From assembly GCA_047607325.1 (NCBI GenBank), contig JASGDG010000412.1, positions 17,711 to 81,710 of the forward strand: DNA of 64,000 nucleotides. The letters are read 5' to 3'. This document shows, piece by piece, positions 20,686-28,355 of this stretch; within the stretch, counting starts at the first letter, position 1; each line of letters starts with the position of its first letter. A program made the position numbers and the translations under genes. A model generated the notes under the pieces. It worked only from the letters and a program-made list of their open reading frames with translations. It searched no databases and was not told where the DNA came from. The stretch comes from Xenophilus sp. (GTDB taxonomy: Bacteria > Pseudomonadota > Gammaproteobacteria > Burkholderiales > Burkholderiaceae_C).

Positions 20686-22617
20686 ATGAGCGAACCCGGC
20701 GATGTCACTCTCGCCGCGACGCTGCCGGAACTGAGCTTCACCGCCACTGCCATCCCCGACGCCAAGGCGGCGCTGCTGGCGAACCTGCCGCCGCTCACCT
20801 TCGTGGCGAGCACGGGGACGCTGGCGGGCGCGGCACTGGCGGCCACGCTGCCCGCGCTGGTGTTCGCGGCGCAGGCCGTGCCGGTGACGGACGTGGCGCT
20901 GACCGGAGCCTTCCCGCCACTGAAACTGGTGGCCGAGGCGCGCTACCAGTCCTACGCGGTGCGCCCGATCACCGGTCAGAGCGCCACCCGCTGGCGGCAC
21001 GCCGCCAGCCACGACGCCGGGGCCGAGGATCGGCGCGAGGCCACCGTGCGCGAACACGCGCCCACCCGCGCGCCGTGGCAGGCGGCTGGCCCACAGGTCG
21101 CGGGTGTGGAGTACCGACGCCACAGCACGCGCGTGCGCGCGCCCGTGGCCAACCGGGCGTGGCACCAAGAGGCCATGCCGGTGCAAATCGGTGGGCGGGC
21201 GGGTCATGCCGACGCCATCCGGTTGCGCACGGCGCGCAGTTCGGCCTTCGAAGGCGCGATCCGCGCCGAATGGCTGCGCTGGGCGCTGCGGCATCAGGAC
21301 GGCTGGCGCGACCGGCGGTTCATCGGCACCTCGCACTACGAGGAGGCGCGGCGGCACGCCGGGCACTTCCATGCCGAGGAAATCCAGAACGCGGTCTACC
21401 TGCGCCGCTGGTGGAGTTCGTTCTTCCAAGCGGCGATGCGCCCGCTGCCGGGCCGTCATCCGCCGGTGCCGTTCGTGCCGCCGGTGGCGGCGGCCTGCTA
21501 TGTGCCGAACGCGCACCTGCTGTTCACCGAGGACGCCGCCATCGACGGCGACCTGTTGTTCGTCTGCGAGCACCCCGATCACCCGGATGCCGGGTCGGTG
21601 CTCGTTCCCAACCGGAGGGTGTATTTCGTGATCAATGAGGTGACGCTGACCCGGTGGCCGGATGGCACGCCAGTGCCGGTGCTGGGCCTGTCGCTGTCGC
21701 TGGATGCCGATTCGTGGGCGTGGGGCTTCGAAGCCACGCTGCCCGTGATCGCCGAATCGCTGGTCGTGCCCGCCGAGGGCGCATCGCCGGTCGAGCTGAT
21801 CGCCACGGTCAACGGCACCGCCTTCCACGTTCTTGCCGAGAACCTGAGCCGCGAGCGCGTGTTCGGCGACGCCAGCATCCACATCTCCGGGCGCGGGCGC
21901 AGCGCGGCGCTAGCCGCTCCCTACGCGCCGGTGATCGCGTTCGCCAACAGCGAGCCGCGCAGCGCCCGGCAGTTGATGGACGACGTGCTCACCTTCAACG
22001 GCATCCCGCTGGGCTGGACGGTGGATTGGGCGCTGACCGACTGGCTGGTGCCCACGGGCGTGTTCGCCAAGCAGGGCACATGGATCGAGGCGCTGACCAC
22101 CATCGTCGGCGCGGCGGGCGGCTACCTGCTGCCACATCCGTCCGAGAAGATTCTGCGCGTGCGCCATCGCTACCCGGTGGTGCCGTGGAACTGGTGGGAG
22201 GACGTCACACCCGATGTCGTGCTGCCGGTCGATGCGGTTGCGCGCGAGTCGCTGCGCTGGATCGACAAGCCCGCCTACAACCGCGCGTTCGTGGCTGGCC
22301 AAGAAACCGGCGTGCTCGGTCAGGTCACGCGCACCGGCACGGCGGGCGACGTGCTCGCGCCGATGGTGGTGGATGCACTCATCACCCAAGCGGCGGCGGC
22401 GCGTCAGCGCGGCATTGCCATCCTGTCGGACACGGGCCGCCAGATCGAAGTGACGCTGCGCCTGCCGGTGCTGCCGGAAACCGGAATCATCGAACCGGGC
22501 GCGTTCGTCGCCTATCAGGACGGTGGCGTAGCGCGGCTCGGCATCGTGCGCTCCACGCGCATCGAAGCGGGCCTGCCGGAAGTCTGGCAGACCCTCGGAG
22601 TGCAGAGCCATGCATAA
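20686..22617 (+). CDS. Phage tail protein (hub-like C-terminal region)
   Basis: 643 aa; four N-terminal (L/F)PxLx(F/L)xA repeats; in the tail operon. Confidence 0.65.
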   Translation: MSEPGDVTLAATLPELSFTATAIPDAKAALLANLPPLTFVASTGTLAGAALAATLPALVFAAQAVPVTDVALTGAFPPLKLVAEARYQSYAVRPITGQSATRWRHAASHDAGAEDRREATVREHAPTRAPWQAAGPQVAGVEYRRHSTRVRAPVANRAWHQEAMPVQIGGRAGHADAIRLRTARSSAFEGAIRAEWLRWALRHQDGWRDRRFIGTSHYEEARRHAGHFHAEEIQNAVYLRRWWSSFFQAAMRPLPGRHPPVPFVPPVAAACYVPNAHLLFTEDAAIDGDLLFVCEHPDHPDAGSVLVPNRRVYFVINEVTLTRWPDGTPVPVLGLSLSLDADSWAWGFEATLPVIAESLVVPAEGASPVELIATVNGTAFHVLAENLSRERVFGDASIHISGRGRSAALAAPYAPVIAFANSEPRSARQLMDDVLTFNGIPLGWTVDWALTDWLVPTGVFAKQGTWIEALTTIVGAAGGYLLPHPSEKILRVRHRYPVVPWNWWEDVTPDVVLPVDAVARESLRWIDKPAYNRAFVAGQETGVLGQVTRTGTAGDVLAPMVVDALITQAAAARQRGIAILSDTGRQIEVTLRLPVLPETGIIEPGAFVAYQDGGVARLGIVRSTRIEAGLPEVWQTLGVQSHA

Positions 22618-22831
22618 CCTCTACCAGCAGTTCCGGCAGTTGCTGCCCGATGCGCCGCTGCAAGCGGGCACCGTGCTCGAAGTCGGCTCCGGCGTGGCCT
22701 TGGTGGTGCTGCCCGGTGGCGGCCTGATCCGCGCGCGCGGCAACGCCACCGTCGGCCAGACCGTGTTCGTGCGCGACGACGTGATCGAGGGCGTCGCGCC
22801 TTCTCTGCCGATGGAAGTCATCGACATCTAA
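22610..22831 (+). CDS. Small phage tail protein (OB-fold-like)
   Basis: 73 aa overlapping the upstream gene; GTVLEVGSG...RARG...VGQTVFV. Confidence 0.65.
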   Translation: MHNLYQQFRQLLPDAPLQAGTVLEVGSGVALVVLPGGGLIRARGNATVGQTVFVRDDVIEGVAPSLPMEVIDI

Positions 22832-22860
22832 ACCGTTTCCTCAACCCTCGTTTCAACCCT

Positions 22861-22897
22861 GAAACCCGCTCCGGTGCTTCGGCATCGGGCGGGTTTC
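22861..22897 (+). terminator. Stable hairpin with C(UUCG)G tetraloop between the tail and lysis modules
   Basis: GAAACCCGC-T-CCGGTGC-TTCG-GCATCGG-GCGGGTTTC; only a weak U tail follows. Confidence 0.5.
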
Positions 22898-22916
22898 GCA
22901 TTTCTGGAGAAAGCCC

Positions 22917-23207
22917 ATGACCGATGAATCCAAACCCGAAGACACGCTGCTTTTGCGCCGCGAGGACTTCGAAGACCTGCTCGACCGCGCCGCCGAACGC
23001 GGGGCCGAGCGTTGCCTCGCCCATCTGGGCTTGGAGAACGGCAGCGCCGCGCGCGACATCCGCGAGCTGCGCGACCTGCTTGAAGCGTGGCGCGATGCGC
23101 GCCGCACCGTCTGGCGCACGGTCATCAAGGTCGCCACCACGGGCCTGCTGGCCGCCTTGCTGGTCGGTGCCGCCATCAAGCTCAAGCTGACCGGAGGTGC
23201 GCCATGA
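22917..23207 (+). CDS. DUF6127-like membrane protein (holin-like)
   Basis: Coiled N-terminus and a single C-terminal TM (VATTGLLAALLVGAAIKL); starts the lysis cassette. Confidence 0.65.
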   Translation: MTDESKPEDTLLLRREDFEDLLDRAAERGAERCLAHLGLENGSAARDIRELRDLLEAWRDARRTVWRTVIKVATTGLLAALLVGAAIKLKLTGGAP

Positions 23208-23680
23208 TCGAGACGCTGCTGGGTGGTCTGCTGGGCGGCGTGTTCCGCCTCGCGCCCGAAGTGCTGAAGTGGCTCGACCGCAAGGGCGAGCGCGGCCACG
23301 AACTGGCGATGCAGGACAAGGCGCTGGAGTTCGAGAAGCTGCGCGGCGCGCAGCGGATGACCGAGATTGGCGCGGCGGCGGACGCCGCGTGGAACACCGG
23401 AGCCATCGAGGCGCTGAAGGAAGCGGTCGGCGCGCAGGGCAAGTTGTCGGGTGTGCGCTGGGTCGATGCGCTGTCGTGCAGCGTGCGCCCTGTCATCACC
23501 TACTGGTTCATGGCGCTCTACTGCGCGGCCAAGACCGCCGCCTTCGTCGGCGCGGTGGACGCGGACATCGACTGGATCGCGGCGATCCAAGCGGCGTGGA
23601 GCGAGGCCGATCAGGCGCTGTGGGCCGGTGTGCTGAACTTCTGGTTCCTCGGTCGCGTGTTCGAGCGGGTGAAGTCGTGA
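23204..23680 (+). CDS. Holin-like membrane protein
   Basis: N-terminal hydrophobic LLGGLLGG, RPVITY, and C-terminal LNFWFLGR; precedes the lysozyme. Confidence 0.65.
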   Translation: MIETLLGGLLGGVFRLAPEVLKWLDRKGERGHELAMQDKALEFEKLRGAQRMTEIGAAADAAWNTGAIEALKEAVGAQGKLSGVRWVDALSCSVRPVITYWFMALYCAAKTAAFVGAVDADIDWIAAIQAAWSEADQALWAGVLNFWFLGRVFERVKS

Positions 23681-24135
23681 ACAGCATCGTGATGCCGCAG
23701 GCGGCCATCGCGCTCGCCAAGCGGTTCGAGGGCTTCCACCGCGTGCCGAAGAACGATCCGGGCCGAGCGCATCCCTACGTGTGCCCGGCAGGGTTCTGGA
23801 CGATTGGCTACGGGCATCTGTGCGACGCCCAGCACCCGCCGATCACCGAGGCCGAGGCGGAAGCCTATCTGGCCCGCGACCTGAACACGGCGCTGGCCGC
23901 CACGCTGCGCCACTGCCCGGTGCTGGCCACCGAGCCGGAAGGGCGGCTGGCGGCCATCGTGGACTTCACCTTCAACCTCGGCGGCGGGCGCTTGCAGACC
24001 TCGACCTTGCGGCGCCGCGTGAACCAGCGAGACTGGGCCGCCGCCGCAACAGAGCTGCGCCGTTGGGTCTATGGTGGTGGCAAGGTGCTGCCGGGCCTCG
24101 TGGCGCGGCGCAAGGCCGAGGTGGCGCTGCTGTGA
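23677..24135 (+). CDS. Phage lysozyme (GH24 endolysin)
   Basis: FEG...YVCPAGFWTIGYGH, AIVDFTFNLG, RWVYGGGKVLPGLVARRKAE. Confidence 0.95.
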   Translation: MNSIVMPQAAIALAKRFEGFHRVPKNDPGRAHPYVCPAGFWTIGYGHLCDAQHPPITEAEAEAYLARDLNTALAATLRHCPVLATEPEGRLAAIVDFTFNLGGGRLQTSTLRRRVNQRDWAAAATELRRWVYGGGKVLPGLVARRKAEVALL

Positions 24136-24215
24136 TGACCACAAAACCTGTCCGGGAGGGGTGCCCCTCCGGGGGAGCCTCCGGTAAAATCGCTTGTTTA
24201 GAGGGGCAGAAAAGA

Positions 24216-24692
24216 ATGACTGTATTCACAATCGGCTACGAAGGACTGGACATCGACGATTTCATGTCGCTGCTCTCCGAGCACGGCATCGAAACCGTCG
24301 TGGACATCCGCGAGCTGCCCCTGTCCCGCAAACCCGGTTTCTCGAAGAAGGCGCTGGCCAACGTCCTCAACCTCTCCGGCCTCGAGTACGTCCACATCGT
24401 CGAGCTGGGCTGCCCGAGGCCCGTGCGCGACGGCTACCGCGCCGATGGCGACTGGAAACGCTATACGGCGGGTTTCCTCAAGTACCTGAAAACGCAGAAA
24501 GACGCCATCGCCGAATTGGCCGATCTGGTGCAATCCTCGACCTGCGCGCTGCTGTGCTACGAGGCCGATTTCAATTTCTGCCACCGCTCGATGGTGGCCG
24601 ACGCCGTCAGCAAGCAGTGCGGCGCGGACATCGAACACATCCCCGTCGTCAAAGCAGCGACATCTGCCGCTCGTCAACTGGCGTTCGCTTAG
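24216..24692 (+). CDS. DUF488 family protein
   Basis: VFTIGYEG...VVDIRELPLSRKPGFSK...LLCYEADFNFCHR. Confidence 0.85.
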   Translation: MTVFTIGYEGLDIDDFMSLLSEHGIETVVDIRELPLSRKPGFSKKALANVLNLSGLEYVHIVELGCPRPVRDGYRADGDWKRYTAGFLKYLKTQKDAIAELADLVQSSTCALLCYEADFNFCHRSMVADAVSKQCGADIEHIPVVKAATSAARQLAFA

Positions 24693-25479
24693 GCGGGTAG
24701 ATCAGGCTGACGATCAGCCACTGGTCTTGGAACCGGTGCTGGTTGCCCATCAGAAACATCAGTTCCTTGCTGCCGAGGTCTTCCTCCAGCTTGGCGCGAA
24801 ACGGCTGCTCCCAATCGACGCCGTGGCTCTGGCGGCACTTCCAGAACAGCGCGCCCGCCTCCCAATCCACGATCTTGTGCCGGTGTTCCTTCTCGCCCTC
24901 CGGCGTGTCGCACACGTAGCGGTAGTGGAAGTCGAAGGGCACCTTGCGCAACTGCTTCACCTGCTTGCGTTCTTCGACTTCCGAAAACAGATTGCCCTGC
25001 ATCTGCTCTTGCAGCAGTTTCTCGCGCTCCTCGTCCGTCCAGTCCGGGTTGCGAGCTTTCGTGATGTCGAGGCCCAGCAGTCGCTTGGGGCGCAGCAGGG
25101 CAAGCGATAAGCCATCGGCAAGGCGAGCGGCATCGATGGCGTCGAAATTCTCGAAGGACGGCATCTTGTCCAGCCATTTCCACCGGCTGGCCCACGCCTT
25201 CTTGGTGTCGATCACCTCGCCGCAGTTGATGGTATCGACGTAGACCTTGTGGCTTTCGGGCCGGTGATCCTTGTTGGCCTTCTCGACGCGGACGTCGATC
25301 CACTGCCACTTCTTGAACTGCTGGCCGTCCTCGACCATCCGGAATGGCACGGGGAAAAGGCGGCGCATTGCGCCACCTTGGGCGATGCCTGCGACGCAGG
25401 AGGTTTCCACGTATTGCGCGCTCGGCGACGGATAGGTCTTCGCCAGTATCAGGATTCTTTCCACCTGTCCCAAAGCCAT
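24649..25479 (-). CDS. Uncharacterised protein of the kind found beside DUF488 (OB-fold-like)
   Basis: ILILAKTYPSPSAQYVETSCVAG...RRLFPVPFR; converges on DUF488 with a 44-nt overlap; ends RQMSLL. Confidence 0.75.
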   Translation of the reverse strand: MALGQVERILILAKTYPSPSAQYVETSCVAGIAQGGAMRRLFPVPFRMVEDGQQFKKWQWIDVRVEKANKDHRPESHKVYVDTINCGEVIDTKKAWASRWKWLDKMPSFENFDAIDAARLADGLSLALLRPKRLLGLDITKARNPDWTDEEREKLLQEQMQGNLFSEVEERKQVKQLRKVPFDFHYRYVCDTPEGEKEHRHKIVDWEAGALFWKCRQSHGVDWEQPFRAKLEEDLGSKELMFLMGNQHRFQDQWLIVSLIYPPKRTPVDERQMSLL

Positions 25480-25632
25480 CGCGCGTCTCCCTCGTTTTCT
25501 TGATTGTCAGCCGCCACGCCCGGTTTGTGTTGGCGGCTTCGCAACGCGCCATCCCCACAGCATCCGAACGCGCTTGGCTTCTCGGCCAGACAGCGCGTTC
25601 ATGTCATCCGTATCGACCACGGAGCAACCACC

Positions 25633-25923
25633 ATGAGCAACCGATTCAAGAAAGCCGTCATCGACGACGTGACCGCGCGCAACATCGACGCCAGCCTGCA
25701 AGAGAACCTGCTTGACCTGTTCGAGTCGGCCATGAAGTCGGTGGCCACGACGCTGGTGCGCGAGGCAAAATTCGACACCACCGATTTCGCCACCGCGAAG
25801 ATGCGCGGCTGCGAGGGCTTCACGCTGCTGGTGAGCCGCGCCCGCGCGGATTCCCGCGACGGCTGGTTCGGCGCGTTTCAGCGGGGTGACGAACGCCTCG
25901 ACGTGATCGGCCATCTGGAATAA
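25633..25923 (+). CDS. Small hypothetical protein
   Basis: GGAG RBS; 96 aa; preceded by hairpins. Confidence 0.7.
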   Translation: MSNRFKKAVIDDVTARNIDASLQENLLDLFESAMKSVATTLVREAKFDTTDFATAKMRGCEGFTLLVSRARADSRDGWFGAFQRGDERLDVIGHLE

Positions 25924-25926
25924 CCC

Positions 25927-26868
25927 TCACTCCTCCGCCTCGGGCACGTCCCAGTCCGCCCGGCGCGCTTCGCCGGTCTGGTAGAACTGCTTCACCAGCT
26001 TCACGTACTCCAGAAAATCCTTGTTCTCCGTGGCCAGCCGGTTGGCCATGTCCCAATCGATCTCGTCGCGCTCGCGGGCCGGAATCAGCACTTGGCTGTC
26101 AGCGGGGTTGTCCACGTCCAGCTTGATGAAGCCGATGCCGTGGGCCGCGAAGAGCATCCGCAACTCCTTCAGCGTGTCCTGCCCGCCGACCTCCGCCGCG
26201 ACCAAGTAGCCGAAGTTGGCCCACGACGAGTTCGACACCGCCTGAAAGAAGCACTCGCGCACGTTCGAGCGGTTGATCAGCAGCTTGACCTCGAACGACC
26301 ACAGCTTGGTGCGCTTGTCGGAATACTGGGTCACGCAGTCGCGCACTTCCTGATGCCAGTCCGCGCTCAAATCCTCCATACCCACCACGTCCGGGTAGAG
26401 CCAGCGGTTGCCGTTCGGCCCGCGCTTGTTCGATGACCGCTTCTCGTCCACGCGCTTGGAATACAAGCCGAACTCCTCCCACAGATACTGCGAGAGCAGC
26501 GGGTACAAGGCGTGCTCGTCGAGCTTGGGCTGCCCGGCGTCCGCCGCCGTGGTGGCCGCCGCGCTTTCGACCGCCGCCACCTCCGCGCTGTCGGACTTCT
26601 CCGAGTAGTAATACTTGCGCGGACGGCCCTCCGTCGTCTTCACCTCCGGGTGCCGCTTCTGCAACACCGGGCGCTGCGAGCTGATCTCGGCGACCAGTTG
26701 CTGCACCAGCTCGGCATCGTTGGTGATGAACTTGCTGCCCGCCTTCTTGGCCTGACACTCGGCGGGGAACGTGGCGAACACCCACTCGGCGATCTGCCGC
26801 GCGGTGAACTTCTCTTCGGGCCGTTCCTTCAGGTAGCCAACGACAGCCTTCGCCAGATTGAGTGCCAT
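25927..26868 (-). CDS. COG2958/HrgA-like protein: N-terminal HTH plus PD-(D/E)xK nuclease
   Basis: EHALYPLL...RVDEKRSSNKRGPNGNRWLYPDVVG...SFEVK...FFQAVSNSSWANFGYLVA. Confidence 0.85.
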   Translation of the reverse strand: MALNLAKAVVGYLKERPEEKFTARQIAEWVFATFPAECQAKKAGSKFITNDAELVQQLVAEISSQRPVLQKRHPEVKTTEGRPRKYYYSEKSDSAEVAAVESAAATTAADAGQPKLDEHALYPLLSQYLWEEFGLYSKRVDEKRSSNKRGPNGNRWLYPDVVGMEDLSADWHQEVRDCVTQYSDKRTKLWSFEVKLLINRSNVRECFFQAVSNSSWANFGYLVAAEVGGQDTLKELRMLFAAHGIGFIKLDVDNPADSQVLIPARERDEIDWDMANRLATENKDFLEYVKLVKQFYQTGEARRADWDVPEAEE

Positions 26869-26877
26869 ATCGGTTCC

Positions 26878-27483
26878 TTACTTGGTGTTCGGCGAAGCGG
26901 AAGAAGCCCGGCGCAACGTGGCGGGCAGAAACTTGTCGATCTCCTCGTCCGAGAACGTCAATTCCTCCTGCGCCTTCAAGCCATCACTGGCAATTCCGTA
27001 GGCTTTGGCATTCGTTCTTGGTGCTGCGGCATAGATGCCCGCGAGCCTTGCTTGCAGCGCATCGCGTTTCTCCCGCGCTGCCGGAATGTCCAGATTGCCG
27101 TCGTGAAGGTCGGAAAGGATGGAAAAATAGGATTCCCGTATATCCCACAGTTCACTGGCCGTTTTCTTGTGCTTCTCCGCTTGCTGGCCGGGGTCAACGT
27201 CCTTCATATACGACGTCAACACCAGCAGGATGGTCGAAAACAAAGTCGAAATGACCGTGGCAATTTGGGCGACCTTTGGATCACCAAGCAACGCCGTGAT
27301 CAAACCGCCGGTGGTGATGGCGGACAAAACGATTTGCACAATCTTGACCCGCTGAAGTCGCCCCATGCACAGATCGGCACATTTTTCGTGCGTCTTGGTC
27401 GAGTAAACAACGCGCCCGAAGCATTCGCGTATTTGAGCCTCGATGGCCTCTTTTCCAGCTTCAGGTTGGGTAGTTGGTTCCAT
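26878..27483 (-). CDS. SLATT-family two-TM effector
   Basis: ECFGRVVYSTKTHEK, two hydrophobic helices, then HKKTASELWDIRESYFS; RBS and ATG lie inside the CD-NTase 3' end. Confidence 0.85.
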   Translation of the reverse strand: MEPTTQPEAGKEAIEAQIRECFGRVVYSTKTHEKCADLCMGRLQRVKIVQIVLSAITTGGLITALLGDPKVAQIATVISTLFSTILLVLTSYMKDVDPGQQAEKHKKTASELWDIRESYFSILSDLHDGNLDIPAAREKRDALQARLAGIYAAAPRTNAKAYGIASDGLKAQEELTFSDEEIDKFLPATLRRASSASPNTK

Positions 27484-28336
27484 ATATCTCTCTCCAGCGT
27501 TGACGGGCTGTCCAGCCGTACTTGTCGCCCTGATAGCCGCAGGCATCGACAGCAATGTTCTTGCACCGAAGGGCCTTGTATTCGAAGCCGCCCGTTCGCC
27601 AAACGTACTGATTCGCCCCTGGAGAGAGCCAGTAGTTCTGCTTTTCATTTTGCCCGGCAACGTATTCGAAGAAATCTCGGCTCATGAAATCGTAGTAAAG
27701 AAACGACTTATCTCGGTATTGGTAATTCCGGATGAAATAATAGGCCAGCGTGTCAATCAACAGGCCGCTGATCGGAGCGCTCCACTCCTTCTTCCATGCG
27801 CGGGCCATCTTGCAGAGGTTTTTCAGATTCCCGTTGCATTCCCTGTCCATCCGATTGATCTCGGCAATTTCGGGACGCGGATTGGTGGTCTTCCAGCTTC
27901 CGCCGCCGTTCGAGTCGGGATAGGTGAAGCTGTCATTGGTATTCTCAAACGCAGGCAGCACCTCGAAGGTGACGCCATCGGTGAACGCCACCACGACAAC
28001 CTGACCGTCCGCGCCGATCTGCGTTGTCGGATAGGTTTTCTGCAAGGCATTCCGGAACAACTGCAACAGCGCGGACTGGCCGTTGCCGACGTAGCTGTTG
28101 TACGTGTTGTAGTAGGAAACGGGAAGCCAGAAGATCATGTCCACGTCGCTCGTCGCGCCCGTGGCCGTGTTGCGACCATAGGAACCGGCGTAGATGCTGT
28201 GGTACGCCTTGGAATCCACGCTCCAGAATTCGAGGTTGAACCTGCGCGTGATCAGCTCGTAGCGATCCGAGATGGAGCTACGGTTCGTCACGGCCAGATT
28301 GCCGCAGAAAGTGCCAAAGTCTTCGCCGACGCCCAT
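27461..28336 (-). CDS. SMODS/CD-NTase (cGAS/DncV-like nucleotidyltransferase)
   Basis: GSYGRNTA...SDVD, third acid in FEVLPAF, YPDSNGGGSWKTTNP; 291 aa; paired with SLATT. Confidence 0.88.
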   Translation of the reverse strand: MGVGEDFGTFCGNLAVTNRSSISDRYELITRRFNLEFWSVDSKAYHSIYAGSYGRNTATGATSDVDMIFWLPVSYYNTYNSYVGNGQSALLQLFRNALQKTYPTTQIGADGQVVVVAFTDGVTFEVLPAFENTNDSFTYPDSNGGGSWKTTNPRPEIAEINRMDRECNGNLKNLCKMARAWKKEWSAPISGLLIDTLAYYFIRNYQYRDKSFLYYDFMSRDFFEYVAGQNEKQNYWLSPGANQYVWRTGGFEYKALRCKNIAVDACGYQGDKYGWTARQRWREIYGTNYPT

Positions 28337-28355
28337 TTCTGTCCCTTTCTGCTTC

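Larger units (their letters stand above)
1..24135 (+). mobile_element. Defective (head-less) siphovirus-like prophage, continuing left of the window
   Basis: Co-oriented AlpA-like HTH, BRO, Sak4-like ATPase, SSB, exonuclease, primase, tail chaperone, tape measure, tail proteins, holin-like genes and lysozyme; no terminase, portal or capsid ORF. Confidence 0.9.

Noticed and set aside
18044-22900. Diversity-generating retroelement acting on tail fibres
   Set aside because: No reverse transcriptase, Avd or TR/VR pair differing at adenines was seen
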